Source: Phycisphaerae bacterium
Lineage (GTDB): Bacteria; Planctomycetota; Phycisphaerae; UBA1845
NCBI GenBank assembly: GCA_963666835.2
Contig: CAXXGO010000003.1
Span: 224,001-288,000 of the forward strand
Length of the DNA: 64,000 nt
Direction of reading: 5' to 3'
Part shown: piece after piece, positions 1 to 9,969 of the stretch
Layout of the letters: each line of letters starts with the position of its first letter
How positions within the stretch are numbered: position 1 is the stretch's first letter
Program-made: the position numbers and the translations under genes
The notes under the pieces: model-generated
Seen by the model: the letters and a program-made list of their open reading frames with translations, nothing else
Database searches by the model: none
What the model was told of the DNA's origin: nothing

Positions 1-703
1 TGCTTATTGCTATTTGTTATTGTCGCCCGGTCGACCTCCGACGGGCAAGGCGGCTAAGCGGCTCAAGACCATCGAGGAATTCAGCGAACTGGGGGCGGGT
101 TTCCGTATCGCGATGCGCGACCTGGAGATTCGCGGAGCGGGAAACTTGCTGGGACGCGAGCAGAGCGGCTACATCGGAGCCGTCGGATACGAAATGTACT
201 GCCGGCTGCTGGATCAGACCACCCGCCGCTTGAAGAACGAGCCGGACCCGCACCCGCCTCCCGTGCAGGTGGATCTTGACGTGGCCGCCCATATCCCGCG
301 ACACTATATCCACGCGGAGCGATCGCGGATCGAGATATATCGGCGGATCGTCTCGTGCCGGAGCATCGGCGACCTCGAACAGTTGGAGCGGGACTTGCGT
401 GACGCGTTCGGTCCGTTTCCCAGGCAGGTCGGGCGACTGCTGGAATTAGCCGAGGTTCGGGTGCGTGCCCGGCAGTTCGGAATACAGTCAATCAGCCTTC
501 GCCGTCCTGATGTGGTATTCGGAATCAGCCGGCTTCCTGCGGCGGAGGCGTTGTTTGCGGAGGCTCCGGGCTCCGTGCGGATGCCGGATCCGAAGACCGT
601 TCACTTGAGATTACCACCGAGGTACCTGGAACCCGACACCTTGACGGCGATCTTACGAAACATGCTGGTGAAGGCTGCGGAGAGATTGGAGACCATGTCA
701 TGA
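1..703 (+). CDS. mfd: Transcription-repair coupling factor, C-terminal part (gene begins before window)
   Basis: LGAGFRIAMRDLEIRGAGNLLGREQSGYI motif and TRCF domain (AHIPRHYI..RIEIYRRI..DAFGP); frame is open to the window edge. Confidence 0.96.
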   Translation, partial: AYCYLLLSPGRPPTGKAAKRLKTIEEFSELGAGFRIAMRDLEIRGAGNLLGREQSGYIGAVGYEMYCRLLDQTTRRLKNEPDPHPPPVQVDLDVAAHIPRHYIHAERSRIEIYRRIVSCRSIGDLEQLERDLRDAFGPFPRQVGRLLELAEVRVRARQFGIQSISLRRPDVVFGISRLPAAEALFAEAPGSVRMPDPKTVHLRLPPRYLEPDTLTAILRNMLVKAAERLETMS

Positions 704-1860
704 GACAGGCCATCGTAGGGTTTATGGCTGCAGTTCTGCTATCACTGGGCGGTTGCTACATGCCGGTCGGAGCCGACCCTAAGACGGCATCCGACGCGCC
801 AAGTGCGCAGGCGACGAGCGAACACACCGGATTAAGCGATGCTTCGGGCGGAGCGTCCTTGACGGTCTATGGAGAGTCGATCAAGGCGGCGGAGATCGCG
901 ACCGAGTTGCGCGACGAGCTGTCGGTCAAGCGGCGTGAACTATCGCCTGGGGACTACTATGCGTACGTGCAGCAGCGTGCCGCACGTTGGATTAACGACC
1001 GTCTTGCGGACGCGCTGGTATATCACCAAGCCTCACTCCGCTTCCCACCCGAAGCCGACGGCAGGATAGATGCGTACGTTGACAGCGAGATCCGCAATCG
1101 GGTAACCGCCGAGTACGATGGGGTGCAACGCCGTTACGAACGGTACCTTGAGAGCAACGGGCAGACCCTCGAAGACGCCCGGGCCAAGCTGAAACGAGAG
1201 ATTATCATATCGGCCTATCTGGAATCTGACGTTAGACCGAAGATTGCCGAGCCGACTCGAGCTGACCTTTGGACGGTGTTTGAAGCCAATCGGGAAGCGT
1301 GGCGAAAACCGCCGCGCCGGAGCATGTCGCTGATTGACGTACGCGTGATAGACCATTTGCCAGAGGGTGTGAACGAGCCGACGCGGGAGCAGTTGGCTAC
1401 GGCACGAAGGGCGGCCCGCGCGATCATCGAGGAGTCGTTGGCGAGGATTGAGAAAGGCGAGGAGTTCGCGGAAGTTGCGCGCGACCACTCGGACGGACTG
1501 CACGCCTCGCACGGAGGCGCGTGGGGCTGGGTTAAGCCGGATGGAGTTAGAGCCCGGTTTGAGCCGGCCGTCACTGCTCTGTACGGCTTGAATGCCGGGG
1601 AGGTCAGCAAGGTCATCGAGGCTGAGGACGGCTTCTTCCTGGTGCGTTGCGATGAGGTAGACCCGGGCGTCGATCCGAGTTTCGAGGACGTACAACCGGA
1701 ACTCAAGAACCGCCACTTCGTCATGGAGTACAACCGGATCCTCGGCGAACAGGTTGCCGAGCTGCGCAAACGCGCTCAGTTCGATGCCGCCGACTTAGAC
1801 TCGTTTCACGCCGATGTCGTGAGGGTAGCGATGAATCTGCAGCCGGCTGCTACGCCTTGA
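700..1860 (+). CDS. SurA/PrsA-like parvulin peptidyl-prolyl isomerase, lipoprotein
   Basis: Lipobox LGGC; parvulin motif GEEFAEVARDHSD..GGAWGW..GEVSKVIE..GFFLVR; ATGA overlap with mfd stop. Confidence 0.85.
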   Translation: MRQAIVGFMAAVLLSLGGCYMPVGADPKTASDAPSAQATSEHTGLSDASGGASLTVYGESIKAAEIATELRDELSVKRRELSPGDYYAYVQQRAARWINDRLADALVYHQASLRFPPEADGRIDAYVDSEIRNRVTAEYDGVQRRYERYLESNGQTLEDARAKLKREIIISAYLESDVRPKIAEPTRADLWTVFEANREAWRKPPRRSMSLIDVRVIDHLPEGVNEPTREQLATARRAARAIIEESLARIEKGEEFAEVARDHSDGLHASHGGAWGWVKPDGVRARFEPAVTALYGLNAGEVSKVIEAEDGFFLVRCDEVDPGVDPSFEDVQPELKNRHFVMEYNRILGEQVAELRKRAQFDAADLDSFHADVVRVAMNLQPAATP

Positions 1861-2002
1861 TTCGGCGGACAATTGGCAGGCGCTCGGTTTCGAAATCGCC
1901 ACGACCCCCGGCCGACTATGCCGGACACGTGGTGCATGCGATAGATTCACCCGACAAGTGACATTGGTGCGGTGTTCGCGGCGAGTTTGGAAGGACCTTG
2001 CG

Positions 2003-2245
2003 ATGAGCCGGATAAGCAGTAGTCGTTGGTGGCGTCGGGTTGGTACGTTGGTTTCTGGTGGGGCAACGTTGTTCTCGGGTTGCGTTGCCTATGTCGACAT
2101 GCCGAGCGGCTACGTGGACATCTCTCCTGAGGGCGTTTTCGTTGATCTGCCGGGGGTCTCCGTGAACGTAACGGCCGGTGCGCTGGCAATCGACACTCCG
2201 GCCGTGGATGTCGATATCCGCGGCGATTCCGGCTGCGGGGTGTGA
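2003..2245 (+). CDS. Small predicted lipoprotein (80 aa) with short beta-strand repeats
   Basis: AAGGA upstream of ATG; signal ends LFSGC; VDMP/VDLP/IDTP repeats. Confidence 0.55.
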   Translation: MSRISSSRWWRRVGTLVSGGATLFSGCVAYVDMPSGYVDISPEGVFVDLPGVSVNVTAGALAIDTPAVDVDIRGDSGCGV

Positions 2246-2459
2246 ATCCGGTTCGATTGTGCGGGCTCGAATAGCCCATAACCCCGCCGAAAAGGCTCTG
2301 ACGCCAAGTCCGGGTGGCCTTTGCGCCCACCGTTTTGGGTAGTCTTTGGACGGCGGGCCGGATTACCCGAGTGGTTTATTCGGAGCGGGAGCGGACAGGA
2401 GCAGCGTGTGCGGATATAATGCTACCGACATTTTCCACGGAGGGTGAGCGGAGAACCTT

Positions 2460-3059
2460 GTGATGTCGGTGGGGGAGATGATTGGTTTGTTGTTAGCGAC
2501 CGGAGTCGTCGGTGGGGCCGTGGGAGCGGCCGTCACGACGGCGCTGGTGGGACGTCGGCGCGCGGCGGAGGACTGCAGTCGGCAGCAGGTCGACGTGCTG
2601 GGGCGATGGCTGGCGGCGCGGATTACGCTTGGCCGGGTCTCGGCGTCGTTTGTGGCGGCGTTTCGATCGCTGGCCGCCGAGCCCACCGACTCGGATTACT
2701 TCTCACTTCGAACGGAAGAAGCGCAGCGCGCCCGCACCCAATGGTGTGAGGCCGTGGGTGAGCTGGATCTTGCGGAAGCGTCATTGCGGGCGTGGATTCC
2801 CTCATCACTCGTAGATGGGCGAAATGAGTGCTTCGAACGGGTGAGCGCCGAGGTTCTGCGCGTTGCCATCGACGGCAAGGAACCCGAACTGGACCGGTTG
2901 ATGAAGGAGCTGCAGTCTGCGGATCGATCGGCGGCGAAGTTCGTAGAGGAAACGTCGGCTATCCTCAGACCACCGCCGCCCTGGATGACCGGAGAGAGGC
3001 TTCTCGGGCGACTAGCCCTGCAGGTGAGGCGTATCGTCGGTCATTGGGCTCGGGGGTGA
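2460..3059 (+). CDS. Hypothetical protein with N-terminal TM anchor
   Basis: GGAG RBS; hydrophobic Gly-rich N-terminus followed by helical region; TATAAT upstream at ~2415. Confidence 0.65.
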   Translation: MMSVGEMIGLLLATGVVGGAVGAAVTTALVGRRRAAEDCSRQQVDVLGRWLAARITLGRVSASFVAAFRSLAAEPTDSDYFSLRTEEAQRARTQWCEAVGELDLAEASLRAWIPSSLVDGRNECFERVSAEVLRVAIDGKEPELDRLMKELQSADRSAAKFVEETSAILRPPPPWMTGERLLGRLALQVRRIVGHWARG

Positions 3060-3103
3060 GGGACCGGGATGACCCGACACAGCCGTCGCACGCATATCGT
3101 ACA

Positions 3104-3874
3104 TCACGTAGTGCCGAGTACGCGGCGTATACGCCCCGTCTGAGGGTGACTGCGTTTGTACTGTCCGACGATCCGGGCGAGGCGATTGAGCGTACTCATT
3201 CCATCCGCGGTTGCGTCAAGACCCAGGAAGTGAAAACCGAGCGACGCTCGACCGCCTTCCGTTGCTTCCCGGTGCCGCAGGACTGCGTCGAGCATCAGTG
3301 CGGCGGCGCCGTGCCTCGGGGAGAATACGCATTTGTAGGAAGCGCCCACTTCAACGTCGGTGAGATCGGTTGTCTTAATTCTCAATCCACCGGCCGAGAT
3401 ATCCACCAACTGACCGTGACGGACATCTCGGCTCTCCGGAGTGGTTTCTACGTTGCCATCGGTCCGCCAGAATCTTACGGCGACAATCATGCCGGGGGGT
3501 GGGGTCGCTCGTTCAAAGACGCGACGCTGAAGCTGCTGCAGCCCTTCGGGCCAGGCGACGGTAACAACCAAGGACTCGTCTCCGGCTGACACCGACCTGA
3601 CAATGGACCGAAACATGCACTTCTTGTGGCTTAATCGAAAAGTAATGCCGACCGTGGCGCCGACCGGCGGCGCTTCGCTCAGGGATGCCTCGTTCAGATC
3701 TCTGGTCTTTATCCGTAGTATTCCGGATGCTCGGCTTCCTGAAAGGAAGTTCGCTCGATGAACACGCCAGCCGTCGGCATCCTGATGGCTTAGGCTCACG
3801 TGGTACTCGTGGCGAATCGAGTTCTCGATGATCCCGTCGCAACGTTCTTCGACGATTGTCTGTAGTCCTGCCAT
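3104..3874 (-). CDS. PilZ-domain (YcgR-like) c-di-GMP-binding protein
   Basis: QRRVFER (RxxxR) and DISAGG (DxSxxG) motifs; N-terminal beta domain; start placed at MAGLQ. Confidence 0.85.
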   Translation of the reverse strand: MAGLQTIVEERCDGIIENSIRHEYHVSLSHQDADGWRVHRANFLSGSRASGILRIKTRDLNEASLSEAPPVGATVGITFRLSHKKCMFRSIVRSVSAGDESLVVTVAWPEGLQQLQRRVFERATPPPGMIVAVRFWRTDGNVETTPESRDVRHGQLVDISAGGLRIKTTDLTDVEVGASYKCVFSPRHGAAALMLDAVLRHREATEGGRASLGFHFLGLDATADGMSTLNRLARIVGQYKRSHPQTGRIRRVLGTT

Positions 3875-3897
3875 CGTGTAGAGCCTCGCCTGTTTTG

Positions 3898-4620
3898 CTA
3901 GTGGCAATCCTGTAACGTCGCCAGCAGGTGACCGCGTTGGGATCCCGAGTCTCCATTGTCCAGGAACTCGAGACCCAGGACCGCTTGGTCCGGAGTGCCG
4001 GCCTCGGTGCGGCCTGTTACGCGAGCCGCAAAGTCGAACTCCTGTGGGGGAGTCCCCAACTCAAATGCGGCTCTGACCATAGCCCCCTCGACAAGGTGAG
4101 TTGTTTCGCTTGCTCGAACTCGACACGCGAGACCGCCGGCGCTGAGGTTCAACAGGGTGGCCTCGAAAGACCGCTGCCCGGCTGCCGAATCGCTCTGTAG
4201 GGTCACTTTGGTGTGGGGTCTGAGGCGGCGTCGGCGGGTGCGTCGCCGGTCGACGGCGGAGATAGACTCGGGTCGCTGAACCAGAACGGTATTGTCTTCT
4301 CCGGGCTGTTCCAAGCCGACGAAGCGAGTGGCGAACAGATACGTGATGTCGTCAACGACCACTTCGGCCCAAAGGGCCGCATCCACCGGGATCGTCGATA
4401 CGCCCTGCATGCCAAGCCGGACATCGATGAGCAACTGTTCGCCGTCGGCTTTTCGCAGGGTGCCCGAGAGCACCTCCTCGTGTCCCGCGATCTCCAGACC
4501 GAGGGTTATCGGAACCTGCCGGGAAACGGCATTCTCTACGATGAGCGCGGAGTCGCTTGCAGTGAGCGCGCGAACCGGACTGACTGCCACGGTAGTGGGC
4601 ATCGTCATTCTCTCTGACAA
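3898..4620 (-). CDS. PilZ-domain (YcgR-like) c-di-GMP-binding protein
   Basis: DRRRTRR and NLSAGG motifs; C-terminal LGLEF. Confidence 0.85.
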   Translation of the reverse strand: MSERMTMPTTVAVSPVRALTASDSALIVENAVSRQVPITLGLEIAGHEEVLSGTLRKADGEQLLIDVRLGMQGVSTIPVDAALWAEVVVDDITYLFATRFVGLEQPGEDNTVLVQRPESISAVDRRRTRRRRLRPHTKVTLQSDSAAGQRSFEATLLNLSAGGLACRVRASETTHLVEGAMVRAAFELGTPPQEFDFAARVTGRTEAGTPDQAVLGLEFLDNGDSGSQRGHLLATLQDCH

Positions 4621-4907
4621 GTTGCCGGTCTCGCCCGATCGGTGTCAGTCTGCGGGGTCCCCGGCGGTCCATGCCGTCCGACCGAGTCGCACGTCCATTG
4701 CCCCGGGAGCCGGTACGGTAGGACATGCGCGTTGGTCATCTTCAATTCGGACACGGCGGGCGGCCACTTAAGGATGAAACGCCGGCCCCATAATCAACGC
4801 GGATGGAGCGAGTCAGCGATCGTGGGGTCGGGAGTCTGCTCGGCAGCAAACCCGTAACGCAGGCTTCCAGCCTGCCCACGGTTCACACGACGTGTCGAAC
4901 GAAGAGC

Positions 4908-6113
4908 CTACTCGGGGGCGAGCTCGTGCGACGAGGCGGCACGGTCACCCGTTGCCGCGGGCGGATCCGACTCCGCGGCGACCACGTCGCCCGGCTTATA
5001 GGAACCGGTAGCCGTAACGAGCAGGCCCGGCAGAGCGCAGGTCATTGCCACCAGCCGGATGAAAAACGCCACACAGACAATCTGGGACGGGCTGCCGAAG
5101 GGCGCGAGGAAGTAGCGATAAGTGAGTTCGACAGTTCCCAGACCTTGGGGAGGGCCGGGGAGGGTCTGCACGAGTATTCCGGTGAAGAATGACGCGTAGT
5201 ACTCCAGGACGTTGCCGAGATTGGCGTCGAGGGCCAGAGCCACCGCCACGGTGAAATACGCCCCCAAGGCCACGATCTGCAGGAGTATGGTCAGAAGCAT
5301 GGCACCGGTCAGAATGGCCTTGTGCTTGAACAACACGCGGGCCGTTTTGTCGACGCGCTGCAGTTGTTCGTATGCCGGAAGACGCGAGAGCCATTTACGC
5401 GGCAGAAGATGCTCGCGAACCACCGGTGACAGGTAGATCAGCCCGCCCACCACGCCGGCCCCTAAGAAGCTGAGAAAGTAAGGCGCAAGATCCGCCAGCC
5501 GGCTGCCGGCCGGGCAGAAGGTCGTTATCGTCGCGACGATTAGCAGTAGGCTGCTGAGCCCGACCACTCGGTCCAGAAGGACAGTGGTGACGGCCTCGGT
5601 TTTGTGCTCGGTGTGTAGCGATACGAAGTACGCTTTGAATACGTCCCCGGCGTTGGAGCCCAGTGGAGTCGCGAAGTTCAGGAAATTGCCGGCGAAAGAG
5701 AGCTTGAGGCACTCCCAATACCCTACGCGGATGTCCTGGGCGCGGAGTAACCACTGCAGTCTGAGCGATTGCGGGAGAATCACCGGGAAGTGAATCGCCA
5801 CCGCCAACAGCAGCAGCCACTTTGAGCTTTTCCGCCACGAGGTCTTGAGCCCGAATGAGACGCACGGAACTCCGTCGGAATCCGCCGCGATATCAACGGC
5901 CGCGACGGTCTGTTGTTCCCCGTTCGGAAGCACGACGACCAAATGACCGTCTGCCTGAAGGTCGCCGGTGACGCAACCGACGATGTCGGGGCTGCCGTCC
6001 GCCGGGACTACGTGGTCGTGGATAGTGACCCCCTGCACTACGATTGCCAGTGCCGCTACGCACAACGCAATGCGGATGACGTTCAACAGTCTTTTCTTGC
6101 TGAATGGCGTCAC
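4908..6113 (-). CDS. Lysylphosphatidylglycerol synthase TM / UPF0104 flippase-like membrane protein
   Basis: GNFLNFATP..AGDVFKAY, LDRVVGL, PGPPQGLGTVE motifs; many TM helices; GTG start after AGAGG. Confidence 0.85.
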   Translation of the reverse strand: MTPFSKKRLLNVIRIALCVAALAIVVQGVTIHDHVVPADGSPDIVGCVTGDLQADGHLVVVLPNGEQQTVAAVDIAADSDGVPCVSFGLKTSWRKSSKWLLLLAVAIHFPVILPQSLRLQWLLRAQDIRVGYWECLKLSFAGNFLNFATPLGSNAGDVFKAYFVSLHTEHKTEAVTTVLLDRVVGLSSLLLIVATITTFCPAGSRLADLAPYFLSFLGAGVVGGLIYLSPVVREHLLPRKWLSRLPAYEQLQRVDKTARVLFKHKAILTGAMLLTILLQIVALGAYFTVAVALALDANLGNVLEYYASFFTGILVQTLPGPPQGLGTVELTYRYFLAPFGSPSQIVCVAFFIRLVAMTCALPGLLVTATGSYKPGDVVAAESDPPAATGDRAASSHELAPE

Positions 6114-6141
6114 GGTCCGGCCTCTTGATACATCGACCCTA

Positions 6142-7698
6142 TTATCGGTCTGTCGACCCCCGCGGCTCCACGTAGCGTCCGCCATTGGTTTCCGGCCAGG
6201 AGGGCGTCGTAACACGGCCGGAGTTCTGTGAATCGAACCGATTCCGGCTCTCGGGGTTATCGGTCATGGTGCTTCGGACTGCCACTCGCCAGCGGGCCTC
6301 CAATTGGTCGAGTGTAATGCCGTCGTACTGCTCCGCCAGAGCATCCGCGAGAGTGCTGCCCATCTTGAGTCGCTTGACGAACCCCGCAAAACGGGTGGCG
6401 CCCAATGACCTGATGAAATCGACCACGCTTTGCGCAATCGCGTATTCGTGGACATCGATCGGGCCGGTGCTGCGGAGGAGTCGGCCGATAGGCCAATCGT
6501 AACGCACGTACTGCCGAGCCAAGAGCGCGGCATTCTCTCCGGCAGGGCACCGGTCGCCCAGCACGAGCTCGGCCATTGAATCGGCGCAGCCTTCGTTCAC
6601 CCAATGCGGGATCAATCGCGGAGTGTACAAGCGGTGGATGAAGGCGTGAGTGCCTTCGTGGACCAGCGTGCAGGCGAACCGGTCAAAATCCGCCGGAGTT
6701 CGCCCGCGGCGCAGTAAGACAAGGTGAACGTGTCCGTTGCTCGCGATGGAACGTGCGTAGCCGATCGCGTTGTCCCCACTGTAACCATCGAATTGTTGGG
6801 CAAATCTGCGGAAACGGGCCTTGGAACGAAAGCAGAATACCGGGCACTTTGCCAGGAAGATCGAATCTTCACCGGTGAGATCGAACTGGCGGCAAAGCGC
6901 CGCGTACATGGCCTCACACCACTCGGCCAGCTTTGGCCGATCCGGTTTGCGCCAATCGGTCCAGATAAGAAAATGGTCGGTTTCGACGAGAGTCATCTCC
7001 TCTCCGATGACCTCGCGGACCTTCTCTCCGAAGTCTCGGTAGATAGCCAGGACGCGCTCCCGCACCTCCCGGGGTGTTTCGATTGCAGTGAGCTGCAAGT
7101 CAGGCAGCTCGGCGCCAACCTGTTCGGTAAGACCGGATTGAAGAGAGTTGCTGTCGCCTTTCGTCGTACTATCCGGGACAGGATTCGTATGCTCTTCGCC
7201 CAGCGATTCACCGGAGTGGTGTTGCTCCTCCTGCCGAGTTCGATGGGCCTTAAGGGCTTCTCTGACCGGTTCGGAATACGACGGATCAAGCCTATTCGCT
7301 TGTCGAAACTCGGCTGCGGCGGCGCTGCCCCGAGAGTATTGCAGGGCGAAGCACCCCAAACCGAAATGATCCTCCGCGGTCAGATTGTCGTTGCCGCCGC
7401 GCTGGAACTCCAGCAACGCCCGTCGAGCAGCCAAGGCGGAGCCGGGTTCAAGCTCGCTCCAAGCGAAGACGTAGGGGGTAGACTCATGGGCGATCACAAG
7501 ACCGTGGTCCGTATGGTCGACGACAAGCCCGTCCAGGCCGCCTCCGGTCCGCAGTTTCACGTCGACCCGGATGGCCCGCGTCTCAGTCTCGGCGGCAGCC
7601 GGTTGCACAACCACGGCAGAGAACAGAACGACCGCCGCAAGTCGGCTCCACAGCGAACTTCGTATCAAACCCGTGATCAAAACCTCGCCGCGCCTCAC
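6142..7698 (-). CDS. Secreted protein with C-terminal HExxH gluzincin (peptidase MA-like) domain
   Basis: Signal peptide (..QPAAA); LVHEGTH...WVNEG zinc-ligand pattern. Confidence 0.7.
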   Translation of the reverse strand: MRRGEVLITGLIRSSLWSRLAAVVLFSAVVVQPAAAETETRAIRVDVKLRTGGGLDGLVVDHTDHGLVIAHESTPYVFAWSELEPGSALAARRALLEFQRGGNDNLTAEDHFGLGCFALQYSRGSAAAAEFRQANRLDPSYSEPVREALKAHRTRQEEQHHSGESLGEEHTNPVPDSTTKGDSNSLQSGLTEQVGAELPDLQLTAIETPREVRERVLAIYRDFGEKVREVIGEEMTLVETDHFLIWTDWRKPDRPKLAEWCEAMYAALCRQFDLTGEDSIFLAKCPVFCFRSKARFRRFAQQFDGYSGDNAIGYARSIASNGHVHLVLLRRGRTPADFDRFACTLVHEGTHAFIHRLYTPRLIPHWVNEGCADSMAELVLGDRCPAGENAALLARQYVRYDWPIGRLLRSTGPIDVHEYAIAQSVVDFIRSLGATRFAGFVKRLKMGSTLADALAEQYDGITLDQLEARWRVAVRSTMTDNPESRNRFDSQNSGRVTTPSWPETNGGRYVEPRGSTDR

Positions 7699-9125
7699 TG
7701 GAGTTGATTCGGTTCACCGTCATGCGAACGCTCCAGGCATCCTCTGATGATAGATGCACTGGGGTGCCGACCGAGAAGTTGGCGGAGCTGCGCTCTGTTC
7801 ATACAAATATCCGCCTCCACGGCATCCGCAACATATCGGCGGTCCCGAACGTCGGCGTGGCGGTCGATCTCCGCGATGAGCCGTCCATCGCGTTGCGGGA
7901 TACGAATTGTCACCTCCGCCGTCTCGCCGGCCAGCTTCTTGTAGACCTCTTCAGCCAGCTTGTCGAGCCCCGCTCCGGTCTTTGCGGAGATCCGGAGCGA
8001 GGGTGTCTTGCGATGGATCAACAGCTCTGCAAGTGGCCCCGGGTCGGCTATGTCGGTCTTATTGAGCACGAGGATCTGCGGCAACTCGTCGCAACGCAGC
8101 CCGGCCAGCACCTCGTCCACCGCCTGCATCTGCCGGTATGCCGTTGGGGCGGCCGCATCAACGACGTGCAAGAGTAGATCGGCGTGGACGGCCTCCTCGA
8201 GAGTGGCCTTGAACGAGGCGATCAGGCGGTGCGGCAGATCTCGGATGAAGCCGACCGTATCACTGAGCAGGGCGGAGCGTCCCTCGCCCAGTTCCCATCG
8301 CACGGTCTTAGTTTCGAGAGTGGCGAACAGAAGGTCCGCGGCCAGGCGATTCGTGCCGGTCAGCGCGTTCATCAGCGTGCTCTTGCCGGAATTCGTATAC
8401 CCCACCAGGGAGACCGTGAACTGATCGCCGCGGGAGGTTACCTCTCGCCTCTTGCGATCGTCGATCTCCCGAATCTCGCGTTTCAGATGGCTGATCCGCT
8501 TCTGGGCTATTCTACGATCGATCTCGATCTGGCGTTCGCCGGGCCCGCGCGTTCCGACCCCGCCTACCGCGCCCGCCGCAGTCGCTCCGCCCGCTCCCGC
8601 GATCCGCTCCAGGTGAGTCCACAACCCCCGCAGCCGGGGGGCGGTGTACTCGAGCTGGGCCAGCTCGACCTGCAACTGGGACTCCCGGGTCTTGGCGTGG
8701 GAGGCGAAGATGTCCAGGATTAGCTCGGTCCGGTCGATGACCTTCCGATTCACCGCCCGTTCCAGCCCGCGAATCTGACGGGGAGTCAGGTCGTTGTCGA
8801 ATATGACCGTTTCGGCATCGTTGGCCTCAACCCGCTCGACCAGCTCTTGCAGCTTCCCCTTGCCGAGGGCGAACGCGGTCCCGAGGCTTTGGCGCTTCTG
8901 GGACATGGAGTCCACGACCTCGACTCCGGCGGTCTCGGCCAGGGCGCTCAGCTCGCCAAAAGGATTCTGGAAATCAGCCTTCGTGTCCGGTAGCAGAACA
9001 GTTACCAGGATCGCCCGTTCCTGTTGCTGCTCTGTTCCGTCCGCGCCCGGCTCCGGTACGGGTCTGGGCAGGTGGATTCGGGGGCGAAAGTCGTCGGGGG
9101 TGTTCGAGCGAGTTGTATGACGCAT
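7695..9125 (-). CDS. hflX: Ribosome-splitting GTPase HflX
   Basis: GTRGPGE, GYTNSGKS, LFATL, DTVGFI, NKTD, SAKTG motifs. Confidence 0.97.
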   Translation of the reverse strand: MRHTTRSNTPDDFRPRIHLPRPVPEPGADGTEQQQERAILVTVLLPDTKADFQNPFGELSALAETAGVEVVDSMSQKRQSLGTAFALGKGKLQELVERVEANDAETVIFDNDLTPRQIRGLERAVNRKVIDRTELILDIFASHAKTRESQLQVELAQLEYTAPRLRGLWTHLERIAGAGGATAAGAVGGVGTRGPGERQIEIDRRIAQKRISHLKREIREIDDRKRREVTSRGDQFTVSLVGYTNSGKSTLMNALTGTNRLAADLLFATLETKTVRWELGEGRSALLSDTVGFIRDLPHRLIASFKATLEEAVHADLLLHVVDAAAPTAYRQMQAVDEVLAGLRCDELPQILVLNKTDIADPGPLAELLIHRKTPSLRISAKTGAGLDKLAEEVYKKLAGETAEVTIRIPQRDGRLIAEIDRHADVRDRRYVADAVEADICMNRAQLRQLLGRHPSASIIRGCLERSHDGEPNQLQ

Positions 9126-9240
9126 CAGTATCTCGGATTTCCTTCAGGATCATATCGTCGGTATGTCCCGAAGGTCAACCGATGCGGGGGCGCACTTGCG
9201 ATGACGGACCGGGAGGTTCTGACGGGGGGGCGGCTGCCGG

Positions 9241-9915
9241 TTACAGTGCCCGGAGTACACAGAAGATGCTGGATTCGTCCACCTCCTCGATCTTCGCCGT
9301 CGCGCCGACGGCGGACGCCCATGCGGAGAACTCCGCGCGGGTTACGGTGGTCGCTCGGAAACCGTCTCTGCAGACTATCGCGCCTGCGCCCGTGCGGGAG
9401 GGGTCGATTGCCCCGATTAGCCCTTCCTGGGCCTGCAGCTCGAACCACGCCAGCCGATCTTCCCAGAAGCTCTCCGAGTAGCTCGACAGTAAGACCGCTC
9501 CGCCGGGTTTAGTTACCCGCAGGCTCTCACGAAGCAGGGTGGTCTGATCCGCGCCGAAGGCCGAAACGCCGTTTTGGATGCACACCACGACGTCGAAGAT
9601 CCGGTCTTTGAGCCCCAACGCCAGGGCGTCCATTACCAGAAGGTGGCAGTTCGGCCGATCGCCCAGACGGCGGTGAGCCAGAGCGACGCTTGCCGCCGAA
9701 GTGTCGATTCCGACGACGGTGCCCGCCTTTGCAGTCAGTCGGTCCAGCACTCGTCCGTAACCGCAGCCGAGTTCCAGGACGGAATCGCCGCCATGAATCT
9801 CGGTCAAAACGCGTTCGATCTCCGCCTGGAGGTACTGCCGGACTCGCGGCGGAGCAATCTCGTAGCATCTTTGAAGCCGGACGGCTGATAGATGATCTGC
9901 GTAGTAACCTGTCAT
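9241..9915 (-). CDS. Class I SAM-dependent methyltransferase
   Basis: VLELGCGYG motif I, GIDTS, LRVTKPGG. Confidence 0.9.
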   Translation of the reverse strand: MTGYYADHLSAVRLQRCYEIAPPRVRQYLQAEIERVLTEIHGGDSVLELGCGYGRVLDRLTAKAGTVVGIDTSAASVALAHRRLGDRPNCHLLVMDALALGLKDRIFDVVVCIQNGVSAFGADQTTLLRESLRVTKPGGAVLLSSYSESFWEDRLAWFELQAQEGLIGAIDPSRTGAGAIVCRDGFRATTVTRAEFSAWASAVGATAKIEEVDESSIFCVLRAL

Positions 9916-9969
9916 ATCGGCAGAAGGCTTCGCGGCAAGTGTCGGAACCGTGTCATTTTAAGCCTCTGA

